Assembly: GCA_964632125.1 (NCBI GenBank)
Contig: CAZWEF010000002.1
Coordinates: 13,675 to 77,674 of the forward strand
Origin: an uncultured Erysipelotrichales bacterium
Lineage (GTDB): Bacteria; Bacillota_I; Bacilli_A; Erysipelotrichales; CAZWEF01
DNA: 64,000 nucleotides
Reading direction: 5' to 3'
Part shown: piece after piece, positions 49,151 through 59,191 of the stretch
Layout: the number at the start of each line of letters is the position of its first letter
Position numbering within the stretch: the first letter of the stretch is position 1
The notes under the pieces: generated by a model
What the model was told of the DNA's origin: nothing
The model's input: only the letters and a program-made list of their open reading frames with translations
Database searches by the model: none
Made by a program: the position numbers and the translations under genes

Positions 49151-50354
49151 TTGATGACACTCCTTCAATAAAAGATTTAAAACAATAAATTAAGACAATC
49201 GTGACAACTCCTAAAATAGCGCAAACCAAATATATACCTTGTCTATTAATTGCTTGTTCTATATAAACCGTGATTTTAGGTGCCACATAAATACCCAACA
49301 TATAAATCGATTGGAAAAAACCCATTCGCGTATTTTTGTACTCATAAGGGATATGTTCAATGACCATACCCATTGCTGTGATATAAGTTAAACCCATACC
49401 AAAACCAGCAAATAAATTGAAAAACAAGAAAACATTCAAGCTCGTAGATAAATAAGATAAAACAAACGAAGTACTCATCAACAATACACCTAAAGCAAGG
49501 GTGTTGACAGCACCTATTTTTTTTATGAGAAAACGACCCGCAATAATACCAGCAACCGCATGAAGCAAATCGTAGTTGGCATCGATATTACCAATGGCAC
49601 TTGGTGTCCCACCAAGACCTTTCACAACAGTTTCAAAAGAAAACTTAAGCGTTGCATACTTCATAAAAGTAACAACCAAGCCCGCAAATGAGAGAACCCA
49701 TAATTTAGTATCTGCAATCGCCTTCCATGTCTTTTTAAATGTTGGCTTAATGGCACTTTGGTATGGGCCTTCTTGTAGCAACAAGGACATTAAAAAGGCA
49801 AATAAGCCAATGATTAAGGCAAACATGATATGTCCACCAGAACTAAAATCATAAACAGTTTTACCATCAACAACATGCGAATCAATCAATTGACCAGCAA
49901 TAATTGGTGCAACATAAGAACCAATATTATTCGCAATTGCAAGAATACCAATTGATGTCACTGTTTCACCAATAGCCGCATGTCTTGAGAATAAAACATT
50001 AAAGAGAACCCAAGTTGAAATCGCAATACCCATAAATAAATTATACATATAAAAAAGCCAAGCAGTTCTAGCCATAAAAAACCAGAACCCAAAAATTAAC
50101 ATCAACCCTAGTGACACTTTAATAATTAATGTTTTATATGACATATAATCACTAAAGACACCCATTGGAAAACGAATAATCGCACCAATTAATCCTGAAA
50201 TACCAACAATCGATGCCACAAAAAGGGCATCGTCTGTTAGCGATGAAGCATGTGTACGCATTAAAAATTGCGCTGATTTAACACTAATCCACATCAATGT
50301 AGCAACAACAAATAAGAGCCATTGTTGTTTTGAAATCTTTCTAAGAGCTTGCAT
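49122..50354 (-). CDS. MFS transporter
   Basis: 410 aa with about 12 TM helices. Substrate unknown. Confidence 0.75.
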   Translation of the reverse strand: MQALRKISKQQWLLFVVATLMWISVKSAQFLMRTHASSLTDDALFVASIVGISGLIGAIIRFPMGVFSDYMSYKTLIIKVSLGLMLIFGFWFFMARTAWLFYMYNLFMGIAISTWVLFNVLFSRHAAIGETVTSIGILAIANNIGSYVAPIIAGQLIDSHVVDGKTVYDFSSGGHIMFALIIGLFAFLMSLLLQEGPYQSAIKPTFKKTWKAIADTKLWVLSFAGLVVTFMKYATLKFSFETVVKGLGGTPSAIGNIDANYDLLHAVAGIIAGRFLIKKIGAVNTLALGVLLMSTSFVLSYLSTSLNVFLFFNLFAGFGMGLTYITAMGMVIEHIPYEYKNTRMGFFQSIYMLGIYVAPKITVYIEQAINRQGIYLVCAILGVVTIVLIYCFKSFIEGVSSNENEFNDVN

Positions 50355-50356
50355 GG

Positions 50357-52018
50357 CTATTTAGCTAAACTTCCTTCCACAATTTTTTTCAAAAAACCTG
50401 TATAATCTGCAGCTTGAATTTGATCAAATGCAATCTTTTGATCCACTGGAATACCACCTTCTACATAATCAAACTCATTATTTTGTAAACAAAATGATGA
50501 AGATGATCTTGAGAAAATAGTACCATCTGCAAGTGTGGCAACTTCAACAGAACAAGTCCCACCATATGAGTCTTGCCCAACAATTGTTGCCAATCCTTCA
50601 TCCTTAACAACTGTCGCAAGATAGTTAGCAGCACTAAATGTACCAGCACTTGTAACCAAATAATACTTACGTTCTACAAACACATCTTCGTCAACTGTCA
50701 CTGTCGAAATACTTCTTGAGCCATCCATAGCACCACTAAAGAATTGCCAGCTATCAGCGCTCATGTATTTCAAGACATGGTTAACATCATTTACAAACCC
50801 ACCACCATTACAACGAATATCTATGTAGACATGCTGCTTATCTTTATTTTCATTAAACACTTTTTCTAATTCATCTTTGACTTTACCATCAAAACTATAC
50901 AATTCAATGTATAAAACAGATGGATCAAAATCATAAGCCTTAAGAGTGACATCATCGACATTGATGTCATAACACTTCGCAGCTTGATAGCCATTCACAA
51001 ACTCTGCATAATAGTCATTTGATAAGATCATATTAGGCGGTACTTGAAAGTTAAAATTCATGACACCATTTTGATAAGTTGATGTATGTAAATCATTTAA
51101 TGAAAAGAGAAATTCATTTAAACTAGACTGGTAGTCCTTTTGTGATTTTGATGATGCCAAGTTAAACTTATTAAAAATATCACTTTCATAGCTTTTGACA
51201 GATTGAAACAATCTCAATCCATAAAACTCATCCATCAACATCCATAAGAAACGACTACTCTCTTCTTTGAGTAAAGCAAAATCGGTTTCACTTAACGATA
51301 CTTGCCCAAAATCTTGATCAATTGGTGTTGATCCTTCCATAAAATCATTCACAGCAAATGAGTAAAAATTTTCTTGACTACCATCAAAGTAATTTGCCAC
51401 TTCTAAATCATACCCACTGAGTAAAAAATTAGCAAAATAAAGTGGTACCACAAGTTGATCTTGTGTTGAATAAGCGAATACACCATACTTCTCCAAACTT
51501 ACTTCAACTGGCTTTGCAGGTTCAACAATCTCATCCTTATAAGAAATATTGGCAAAGTTTTCCTCATCATATGCATTAGACTGAACAAGCCCATTAAGTG
51601 CCCCTGGTTCACTTAAATAAAGCGTTTGTTTTTCACCATCAACAGCTAATTCATAAGTAGTTGTCATGCTTTCTTCTTCATCATAATATTCATATGAAAG
51701 CTTAAACATTGTGCTTGTCGCTTCTTTTTTAACATTTGAAACATCTTTGTTTTTTTCAATCTCAGTGTTTAAAAACATGAAAAAAGTTTCAAGTGATACA
51801 TAAGGCAATGCTTTTCCTAATTCATCAGAAAAATAAACATCCAAAGTATCAGGTAAATCATAAAGCGCAGTTTGTTTAGCAAAAGAAACAGTTTCTTGAC
51901 TAAACGTTAAGTCACGTTTGTTGATTGTTGAATTGTTACCATTTTTACTTTGACAACCCGCTAAGATAAGTGAAAGGCTTAGAATTGCTACTAGTAATTG
52001 CTTTGTCTTTTTCATCAT
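50357..52018 (-). CDS. Lipoprotein with a C-terminal S41-peptidase-like domain
   Basis: Lipobox LILAG-C after a signal peptide (MMKKTKQLLVAILSLSLILAGC). IDIRCNGGG and TSAGTFSAANYLA resemble the S41 DLRxNxGG and GxSAS motifs. The N-terminal ~330 aa are unassigned. Confidence 0.65.
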   Translation of the reverse strand: MMKKTKQLLVAILSLSLILAGCQSKNGNNSTINKRDLTFSQETVSFAKQTALYDLPDTLDVYFSDELGKALPYVSLETFFMFLNTEIEKNKDVSNVKKEATSTMFKLSYEYYDEEESMTTTYELAVDGEKQTLYLSEPGALNGLVQSNAYDEENFANISYKDEIVEPAKPVEVSLEKYGVFAYSTQDQLVVPLYFANFLLSGYDLEVANYFDGSQENFYSFAVNDFMEGSTPIDQDFGQVSLSETDFALLKEESSRFLWMLMDEFYGLRLFQSVKSYESDIFNKFNLASSKSQKDYQSSLNEFLFSLNDLHTSTYQNGVMNFNFQVPPNMILSNDYYAEFVNGYQAAKCYDINVDDVTLKAYDFDPSVLYIELYSFDGKVKDELEKVFNENKDKQHVYIDIRCNGGGFVNDVNHVLKYMSADSWQFFSGAMDGSRSISTVTVDEDVFVERKYYLVTSAGTFSAANYLATVVKDEGLATIVGQDSYGGTCSVEVATLADGTIFSRSSSSFCLQNNEFDYVEGGIPVDQKIAFDQIQAADYTGFLKKIVEGSLAK

Positions 52019-54258
52019 TACATGTCCTCTTCATAAGATTTATAATATACTTCTCTTGGTTTGGATCCCATTTGGGGTCCAATAACGCCATTCGCTTCCA
52101 ATTGATCAATCAGCCTTGCTGCTCGATTGTATCCAATTTGGAAACGACGTTGTAACAGTGATGTACTAGCTTTTTGCGCTTCCATCACATAGCTTCGGAC
52201 CTCTTCATACAGTGGATCCTCACTGTTAATACCCGCTTTATCATCACTTGATTCAAGTTGTAAAAATGTTTCATCAAATAGTGATGGTTGTTGTTTTGAA
52301 ACAAATTCAACAACTCGCGTCACCTCTTCATCAGATATATAGGCACCTTGTATTCTTGTTGGATGATTTTGTCCAATTGGAGAAAACAGCATATCACCTT
52401 TACCCAATAAACGCTCAGCTCCTACACTATCTAAGATGGTTCGCGAGTCTATACCTGAAGATACTGCAAATGCAATGCGACTTGGTATGTTGGCTTTGAT
52501 TACACCAGTAATAACGTCAGTTGACGGCCGTTGAGTTGCCACAATCAAGTGAATGCCAGCAGCACGAGCCATTTGTGTAATTCTCATGATGGCATCTTCA
52601 ACATCTTTACTTGCTACCATCATTAAATCTGCTAACTCGTCCACAATGGTCACGATATAAGGTAAAACAGTGTGTGCTTGTTTCCCTTGAGCTTGTTGCT
52701 TAATTACCCATTCGTTATAACCATTTAAATTACGAACGCCCACTTCAGCAAATTGTTCGTAACGTCGTTCCATTTCAGCAACAACCTTTTTTAGTGCAAG
52801 AGATGCTTTTTTTGGATCTGTCACAACTGGTGCAAGTAAATGAGGAATACCATTATAACCTGCTAACTCAACTTTTTTAGGATCCACAAGCAGTAGTTTA
52901 ACTTCATCTGGTTTAAATCGCATCAAAATACTGACAATAATACCATTAATACAAACGGACTTCCCACTCCCAGTTGCTCCTGCAACCAGTAAATGTGGCA
53001 TGGTATTGAGTTTAATATTGATTGATTTTCCAGCAATATCTCGCCCCAACCCAACTAAAAGACCATTATCTTCACTAATTGGTGGCGCCTCTTTAAGCAC
53101 TTCTTTTAGCGTGACCATCATACTTTCAATATTTGGAATTTCAATACCAACTGCTGCTTTTCCAGGAATTGGTGCTTCAATACGTATGTCTTTAGCGGCA
53201 AGTGCCATTTTAATGTCATCTTGTAAAGACGCAATTTTGTTCACACGTACGCCAACTTCAGGTTTTACTTCATATTTCGTAACACTTGGCCCAATATGAA
53301 TATCTGTAATCTCAGCTTTAACGCCAAATTGCTCTAAAACACCAACTAATGAGGACGCATTTTCTCTTGCTTTGGCAATATTGGATTGTCCTTGTGTTGC
53401 TTTTCTTTCCTCTTTAAGCAAAAGAAGTGGCGGCAACCGATAGGCTTTATTTTCAACATCTTTCACTTCTTCTTCATCTTCTTCAATCACTTCAGGTAGT
53501 TTTACTTGATGAATTCTTGGTTCTAAATTCATCTCTATTTGCTTCACTATTTTTGGCTCTTCCTTAATCTCTTCTTTGATCTTCTTTTCTTTTCTCTTCA
53601 TTTGTTTTGGTTGTTCAATTAAGACACCATCATCATCAAATGAATGTTCCGGAAAGATCTTAAAAGCCTTAGCCTTTGTTGGTTGTTCAACATCATAGAT
53701 GGTTTGTTCCTTTTTCTCTTTCATTCTCACAAGTGGTTTACTCACCCACTGTTTAGTTAAATCAAGATATGCTTTTGAGATGACCAAACTAAGTCCACCG
53801 ATAATCAAAACAACACATGCAATGATTGTTCCTTGAACACCAAACAAATAGCTAAATGGTGCATATATCATGCTTCCTAGCAATCCACCACCGATAACAA
53901 CTTGTTTAAACACTGCCTTATCTAAAAAAAAGTAAATTGCTTCAAGTCCTCGATTAGGTCGTAACCCCATATAACTTTGTCCAATGAGTATACCAACGAC
54001 TATCAAATAAATACCAATCGCTCTAGGCCCCATTTTCTTAGGATGCTTACGTGTTTGAAACAAGTATCCACCATATATAAACATAGTCAAATAAACAATA
54101 AAAAACAAATGTCCCACCAAATACTGAATTGTATAAGTTAAATATGCCCCCACAACCCCAAAGTTAAATAGTCCAATAATGGCTATAAAAACAAGTGTAA
54201 TTGCGATGACCATGTTTTTTGTGTCATTCATGTTTGTCTTTTTAGACTTCTTTGCCAT
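52018..54258 (-). CDS. ftsK: DNA translocase FtsK/SpoIIIE
   Basis: N-terminal TM helices, a charged linker, motor domain (HLLVAGATGSGKSV, VDELADLM), and a C-terminal gamma winged helix (LLQRRFQIGYNRAARLIDQLE). Confidence 0.95.
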   Translation of the reverse strand: MAKKSKKTNMNDTKNMVIAITLVFIAIIGLFNFGVVGAYLTYTIQYLVGHLFFIVYLTMFIYGGYLFQTRKHPKKMGPRAIGIYLIVVGILIGQSYMGLRPNRGLEAIYFFLDKAVFKQVVIGGGLLGSMIYAPFSYLFGVQGTIIACVVLIIGGLSLVISKAYLDLTKQWVSKPLVRMKEKKEQTIYDVEQPTKAKAFKIFPEHSFDDDGVLIEQPKQMKRKEKKIKEEIKEEPKIVKQIEMNLEPRIHQVKLPEVIEEDEEEVKDVENKAYRLPPLLLLKEERKATQGQSNIAKARENASSLVGVLEQFGVKAEITDIHIGPSVTKYEVKPEVGVRVNKIASLQDDIKMALAAKDIRIEAPIPGKAAVGIEIPNIESMMVTLKEVLKEAPPISEDNGLLVGLGRDIAGKSINIKLNTMPHLLVAGATGSGKSVCINGIIVSILMRFKPDEVKLLLVDPKKVELAGYNGIPHLLAPVVTDPKKASLALKKVVAEMERRYEQFAEVGVRNLNGYNEWVIKQQAQGKQAHTVLPYIVTIVDELADLMMVASKDVEDAIMRITQMARAAGIHLIVATQRPSTDVITGVIKANIPSRIAFAVSSGIDSRTILDSVGAERLLGKGDMLFSPIGQNHPTRIQGAYISDEEVTRVVEFVSKQQPSLFDETFLQLESSDDKAGINSEDPLYEEVRSYVMEAQKASTSLLQRRFQIGYNRAARLIDQLEANGVIGPQMGSKPREVYYKSYEEDM

Positions 54259-54305
54259 CCCATCACCTCTAAGCTATTATACCACTTTAACCATAAATAA
54301 ACAAA

Positions 54306-54329
54306 CGAAAAAAGAGCGTATTAACGCTC
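54306..54329 (-). terminator. Rho-independent terminator of the M29 aminopeptidase gene
   Basis: Minus strand: GAGCGT-TAAT-ACGCTC followed by TTTTTT. The stem includes the last two codons and the stop. Confidence 0.6.
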
Positions 54330-55550
54330 AAAAACAAATCGACCTTGTTCAATAATTGTCTCACAAGAACCATCTTTTTTATATCCAACTATTTTTAAAT
54401 CCTGACTTCCAATCATAAAGTCAACATGAATCAAAGACTTATTTAGACCTCGTTCAATCATGGTTTGTTCATCAATATTATCAATATCTTCAAACAATGG
54501 GTAAGCTTCTCCTAACGCTAAATGACAAGATGCATTTTCATCATACAACGTGTTATAAAATAACGTATTTGACAATGAGATTGGTGATTCATACGGTACA
54601 AGTGCTACCTCTCCTAAATACGATGCACCTTCATCAACATGAAGTAATGATGTTAATACATCGATCCCTTCTTTTGCATCAAATGCAACGACTTTACCAT
54701 CTTTGAATTCAAGTTTAAATCCATCAATTAATTTACTTTGATAGACAAGTGGCATGGTACTATAAACAACTCCATGAACACCTTCTTTTTTTGGTAATGT
54801 AAACACTTCTTCAGTCGGCATATTAGGCATAAATGTTTGACCACTAGGTGTTTTACTTGATCCACCTGCCCATAGATGATGTTCTGGCAGCTCAATTGTT
54901 AGATCAGTGCCTAGTCCATTCGTATAATGAAGTTTAACAAAACGTTGTTCATTTAAGTATTTAGAACGATTCATTAAAGCTTGTTGGTGTTGATTCCAAG
55001 CCTCAATCGGATCATCTAAATGAACACGTGTCGTTTCAAAAATAGCGTGCCATAGTTTTGCTACCGCAACATCTTCTTTGTCATGAGGAAATACTTTTTT
55101 AGCCCATTGTGGCGATGCAGCACCAACGATACACCAAGGTTGTTTATCTGCCATCAAATTTTTACGAAATGCTTCTGTTGGTTTTGCCGCTGCTTTTTGC
55201 ATGCGCATTAAGCGACTTGGATCAACACCTTTAAAACCATCTGGATCCTCACTAGTAATGTTAATTAAACAATAATCTTTTGTCAATATATCATCATATA
55301 GTGCTTTTTTAACAGGAGAAAAGGAATCAAACAATGAATCTTCTGCCATTTTAAACGTAAGCACTGATGTTTGTTCATAACGCCAATCTTGAATCACATT
55401 TGCTGCCCCTTCTTCATATGCAATTCTTGTAAGTTTTTCCACCAACGGTGCAACCTTTATATCAGATTGAATAAGAACCGTTTGCCCTTTTTTAATCTGT
55501 ATTCCCTTTTTAATAACTAATGATGCGTACTTTTCTAATAACTCTTCCAT
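54321..55550 (-). CDS. M29-family aminopeptidase (AmpS/PepS type)
   Basis: 409 aa. LEKYASLVIKKGIQIKKGQ N-terminus, and YNTLYDENASCHLALG / IHVDFMIG motifs typical of aminopeptidase S/T. Confidence 0.85.
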   Translation of the reverse strand: MEELLEKYASLVIKKGIQIKKGQTVLIQSDIKVAPLVEKLTRIAYEEGAANVIQDWRYEQTSVLTFKMAEDSLFDSFSPVKKALYDDILTKDYCLINITSEDPDGFKGVDPSRLMRMQKAAAKPTEAFRKNLMADKQPWCIVGAASPQWAKKVFPHDKEDVAVAKLWHAIFETTRVHLDDPIEAWNQHQQALMNRSKYLNEQRFVKLHYTNGLGTDLTIELPEHHLWAGGSSKTPSGQTFMPNMPTEEVFTLPKKEGVHGVVYSTMPLVYQSKLIDGFKLEFKDGKVVAFDAKEGIDVLTSLLHVDEGASYLGEVALVPYESPISLSNTLFYNTLYDENASCHLALGEAYPLFEDIDNIDEQTMIERGLNKSLIHVDFMIGSQDLKIVGYKKDGSCETIIEQGRFVFER

Positions 55551-55597
55551 TTAATCCCTCCTAAAATCATCTTATCAATTTCATCAACAAAAAACAA

Positions 55598-55620
55598 TAA
55601 AAAAAAAGACCTCTCGGTCT
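55598..55620 (-). terminator. Rho-independent terminator of rplS
   Basis: Minus strand: AGACC-GAGA-GGTCT followed by T9, overlapping the TAG stop. Confidence 0.6.
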
Positions 55621-55969
55621 ATTTTCTAATTTCTTTGATTCTTGAAGCTTTTCCAGAACGTCCACGTAAATAGAATAATTTAGCACGACGCACTTTACCG
55701 TATTTAGCTACTTCAATACGATCGATAATTGGTGAATGGATTGGGAATGTACGTTCAACCCCTACTTGATAAGAGATTTTACGAACTGTAAATACTTCTG
55801 CAATCCCTTGCCCTTGGCGTGCAATCACAACACCTTCAAACAACTGAATACGGAATTTATTACCCTCTTTAATTTTTACATACACTTTTACTGTATCTCC
55901 TGGACCAAATGATGGAACATCTGTTCTTAATTGAGATTTAGTAATTTGCTCTACAATTGATAAATTCAT
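55619..55969 (-). CDS. rplS: 50S ribosomal protein L19
   Basis: [15 protein letters not shown]...FGPGDTVKV...[11 protein letters not shown]. Start at ATG 55969 (AAAGGAG 8 nt upstream); the track's 13-aa extension is leader sequence. Confidence 0.95.
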   Translation of the reverse strand: MNLSIVEQITKSQLRTDVPSFGPGDTVKVYVKIKEGNKFRIQLFEGVVIARQGQGIAEVFTVRKISYQVGVERTFPIHSPIIDRIEVAKYGKVRRAKLFYLRGRSGKASRIKEIRK

Positions 55970-56050
55970 TTCATGATCTCCTTTATTTAGTTTCCAAAGT
56001 TCATTCACCCATTGGTCAGCGGAACTCCTATAGCTATCACTAGCCTTTTA

Positions 56051-56080
56051 ACTTTACCATAAATTAGGATCATTTGTCAA
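56051..56080 (-). promoter_or_regulatory. rplS promoter (TTGACA-18-TGgTAAAGT) with a ~75-nt leader; possible L19 autoregulatory leader
   Basis: Minus strand: TTGACA 56080-56075 and an extended -10 TGgTAAAGT 56059-56051. The leader 56044-55970 has partial self-complementarity, but I cannot match it to the known L19 leader without a covariance model. Confidence 0.4.
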
Positions 56081-56194
56081 GAAGGGTTTTTTTCTTTTGA
56101 TTTGATGGTGGACGTTTTTGTATCAAAAACAGTCTTAGTTGCTTTACTTTTCGATACTAAACGTGTATCATTTAAGCGTGAGGAGGTTTGATTA

Positions 56195-56809
56195 ATGTTA
56201 CTTCACAAACAACGGTTAGAGGCTTTAAGTGATGGTGTTATTGCGATCATCATTACCATTATGGTATTGAATATTCCGCTCCCTACGGTTTTTACTTATG
56301 CTACTATTTCTGACTTGATGATGAATGTGTTTATTTATTTGATTAGTTTTATTGTGATTGGTTTTTTTTGGAACCAGCATCATCAATTATTTTCTATTGT
56401 AACAAAAGTTTCAAATCGCTTGGTTTTGTTTAATTTTTTGTTTTTATTTTTCTTATCATTAATACCAGTCATTATGAAATGGGTCATGATTAATCCAAAT
56501 CGGGCATACCCTGTGATTGCTTATGCCCTAGTTTATCTATTAACTGTTATTAGTTATTTATTTTTAATTCGTACAATTCGAGCAAATCCTCATTTATTGT
56601 TGAGTGATGCCAATACGATTCACATTAAGTTTCCTGAAGCTTTTATGTGGATACGTTTTGTGATGACTTGTATGATTACTTTACTGCTCGTATTTTTAAC
56701 CATTGGTGATGCAGATATTTCTTCACTATATTTATTGCTTTTACCAGTGATATCTTCACTAGGCAATGTGTTATTAGATCATCAAAAAAAGGAGAAACAA
56801 TATGAATGA
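56195..56809 (+). CDS. TMEM175-family (DUF1211) potassium channel
   Basis: [19 protein letters not shown] (the RxxxFSD signature helix, with L in place of F) and 6 TM helices. SD GAGGAGG. Confidence 0.75.
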   Translation: MLLHKQRLEALSDGVIAIIITIMVLNIPLPTVFTYATISDLMMNVFIYLISFIVIGFFWNQHHQLFSIVTKVSNRLVLFNFLFLFFLSLIPVIMKWVMINPNRAYPVIAYALVYLLTVISYLFLIRTIRANPHLLLSDANTIHIKFPEAFMWIRFVMTCMITLLLVFLTIGDADISSLYLLLLPVISSLGNVLLDHQKKEKQYE

Positions 56810-57623
56810 TTTTTTTCAATGGTTCGTGAATCAAAGCCCTATTATTCAAGCTTTACTCGCGACCTTGTTTACTTGGGGCGTTACAGCACTAGGTGCTGCC
56901 ATGGTATTCTTTTTCAAAACAATCAATCAAAAAGTCTTAAATGCAATGCTAGGGTTTGCTGCAGGCGTTATGATTGCTGCAAGCTTTTGGTCTTTACTTA
57001 ATCCAGCAATTGAGATGGCAAGTCGAGCAGGTATGATTCCTTGGTTACCAGCAGTTGTCGGTTTTTTAGTTGGTGGTGGCTTTTTATGGGCTGTCGATCA
57101 AATCATGCCCCATCTTCATATGGGCGAAAAAACAAGTGATGCTGAAGGGGTTAAGACAAGTTTACAACGAAGTATACTACTTGTGCTTGCGATTACACTT
57201 CACAACATTCCTGAAGGCCTCGCAGTCGGTGTTGCCTTTGGTGCAGCAGCATCTGGCTTTCCTGAAGCATCGGTCGCTGGTGCAGTAGCATTAGCATTAG
57301 GTATTGGCCTTCAAAACTTTCCTGAAGGTGCTGCTGTAAGTATTCCATTAAGAAGAGAAGGTCTTAGTCGCAAAAAAAGTTTCTTGTATGGTCAACTATC
57401 GGGTATTGTTGAACCAATTGCAGGTGTTATTGGTGCCTTTGCCGTAACTAAAATGACGGCGATTCTTCCATATGCTCTTTCTTTTGCAGCTGGTGCAATG
57501 ATTTATGTTGTTGTTGAAGAACTCATCCCAGAAGCACAACAAGATCGAAAAACAGATATTGCCACCATTGGTGCCATGCTCGGATTTGCCTTAATGATGT
57601 TTTTAGATGTTGCCTTATCTTAG
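56802..57623 (+). CDS. ZIP-family divalent metal (zinc) transporter (ZupT/GufA-like)
   Basis: 8 TM helices with [15 protein letters not shown] and [14 protein letters not shown] motifs. Overlaps the upstream gene by 8 nt. Confidence 0.85.
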   Translation: MNDFFQWFVNQSPIIQALLATLFTWGVTALGAAMVFFFKTINQKVLNAMLGFAAGVMIAASFWSLLNPAIEMASRAGMIPWLPAVVGFLVGGGFLWAVDQIMPHLHMGEKTSDAEGVKTSLQRSILLVLAITLHNIPEGLAVGVAFGAAASGFPEASVAGAVALALGIGLQNFPEGAAVSIPLRREGLSRKKSFLYGQLSGIVEPIAGVIGAFAVTKMTAILPYALSFAAGAMIYVVVEELIPEAQQDRKTDIATIGAMLGFALMMFLDVALS

Positions 57624-57644
57624 CCTGAATAATCAGGCTTTTTT
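57622..57644 (+). terminator. Rho-independent terminator after the ZIP gene
   Basis: AGCCTGA-ATAA-TCAGGCT followed by TTTTT. Confidence 0.7.
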
Positions 57645-57656
57645 AATGTAAAAAGG

Positions 57657-58178
57657 TTAGTTCACTAACCCCTCATTCATGAGTTTGATTCGTAATTCCA
57701 GAAATGCTAAGTCAGCATTGTTTGATACAATCGTTTTATGTGAATATGCTTTTAAGCGCGTTTCTATTGTTGGTAAATTAATTGGTATATAGACGTCACG
57801 TAACCAAGTTAATAATGCCTCAACTGTTTCTACTGTTTCTTTGCGATTTGAACCAAGCTTCTTTCGTTTGAAATATCGACCCCAAATACGTTTCTCTAAC
57901 TCAGGATATGCTACTTTAAGCAAAATAATAATATCTGCTTGATTAAAGGACTGCTCAACCCAATCATAATAAACACCTTCAACCACCCATCCTGGATCCT
58001 TTATTTCTTGATAAAACAAATGATCTCGTAAAGACGAAGGTCTTTCCTGATTGTAAGTACCATTGTTTTCCCAAAACAATTCGTCTAAAGCAATGTGTCT
58101 TAGTTTAAATGTAGATGCAATAAGTTTACCAAGATAGGTTTTCCCGGAACCACTTGGTCCAATAATATGAACATTCAT
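57657..58178 (-). CDS. P-loop NTPase of the adenylate-kinase-like / topology-modulation (FlaR-like) type
   Basis: MNVHIIGPSGSGKTYLGKLI Walker A. LDELFW and the GWVVEGVY...ADIIILL pattern resemble FlaR-like small kinases. Confidence 0.65.
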   Translation of the reverse strand: MNVHIIGPSGSGKTYLGKLIASTFKLRHIALDELFWENNGTYNQERPSSLRDHLFYQEIKDPGWVVEGVYYDWVEQSFNQADIIILLKVAYPELEKRIWGRYFKRKKLGSNRKETVETVEALLTWLRDVYIPINLPTIETRLKAYSHKTIVSNNADLAFLELRIKLMNEGLVN

Positions 58179-58179
58179 G

Positions 58180-59112
58180 TCAATCCCTCCTACAAATTGT
58201 AATTAAGCGTTTAAAATAACCTTTATGGACTTCAAATTGTTGTTCAATGTGATATCCGATTTCTAGTAGCATGTCATTCATGTTTTCTTGTGAAACAAGA
58301 ACCAATTGCGAGGCAATCAAAGAACATTTTTTAACCAATTGTTGTTGCATTGACAGTGTAAATGGAGAAAATAGATTATACGGAATGTCTAAAAAAGCTA
58401 TATCATATGTTTGATTTAATTGTAACATATCAAGTCTTGTGATACGCTTTTCATCAAATCCATAATGGCGCATGTTTTTTTTAGCATTCATCGCTACTTT
58501 ATAACTTATTTCATATCCTTCAATATCATAATTCATGGCGCATCCCTCAATGACAATCGTTCCAATTCCACAACATGGATCAACAAGTTTCAATGTTCGA
58601 TCCCCTTTTGTTGCAATTGTGATCAATGCTTTTGCAAGATAGACTGGTAATGCATTTGAGTATGAAAAAGGCTTATTTTGTCTTGTTTTATAGTATTGTT
58701 GATTGCGCTCTAAGCGACCAAAGTAATAGGTTCCCTCTATTTTAGTCACACCAAGCAATTCATTAAATGCTTTGATGCTTCCTACACCATCTAAACAAGA
58801 TGCGATATCACGTATGGCTTTTAATCGCATATCATATGCTAAGTCTTCTTGATTTGATTTATAGTAAATAAGTTTAAAGGTATCAAATGATTGATTCAAT
58901 GATTTTACTTGTTTTAATAAAGTATCAAAGTTATTTGCTTTTGCTAAAATCAAAAGTCGACTATTCACATAAACACTTTGCTCTAAATCAATTAAAATAG
59001 ACGATTCAAACCAATGACAATTAGGTGATTCATTAAATAATGATGCTATTTCTAAATGAGCTAGTTCTTTTTGGTCCATTCGGTAGTTGTAATGATACAA
59101 ATATTTTAACAT
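58180..59112 (-). CDS. SAM-dependent methyltransferase with an N-terminal THUMP-like region (UPF0020/Trm11/RlmL-like N-methylase)
   Basis: Motif I VDPCCGIGTIVIEG and motif IV LDIPYN (D/N-P-P-Y/F class, amino-methylating). Confidence 0.7.
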   Translation of the reverse strand: MLKYLYHYNYRMDQKELAHLEIASLFNESPNCHWFESSILIDLEQSVYVNSRLLILAKANNFDTLLKQVKSLNQSFDTFKLIYYKSNQEDLAYDMRLKAIRDIASCLDGVGSIKAFNELLGVTKIEGTYYFGRLERNQQYYKTRQNKPFSYSNALPVYLAKALITIATKGDRTLKLVDPCCGIGTIVIEGCAMNYDIEGYEISYKVAMNAKKNMRHYGFDEKRITRLDMLQLNQTYDIAFLDIPYNLFSPFTLSMQQQLVKKCSLIASQLVLVSQENMNDMLLEIGYHIEQQFEVHKGYFKRLITICRRD

Positions 59113-59163
59113 AACCTGCCTCTTTTCTATCCTATTGTATCATGTCTATTATCTATGTACAAA

Positions 59164-59188
59164 CAAAAAAAGAGTTAGATGACTAACC
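59164..59188 (-). terminator. Rho-independent terminator of the surface-protein gene
   Basis: Minus strand: GGGTTAG-TCAT-CTAACTC (one G-U pair) followed by T7. Confidence 0.6.
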
Positions 59189-59191
59189 CTT

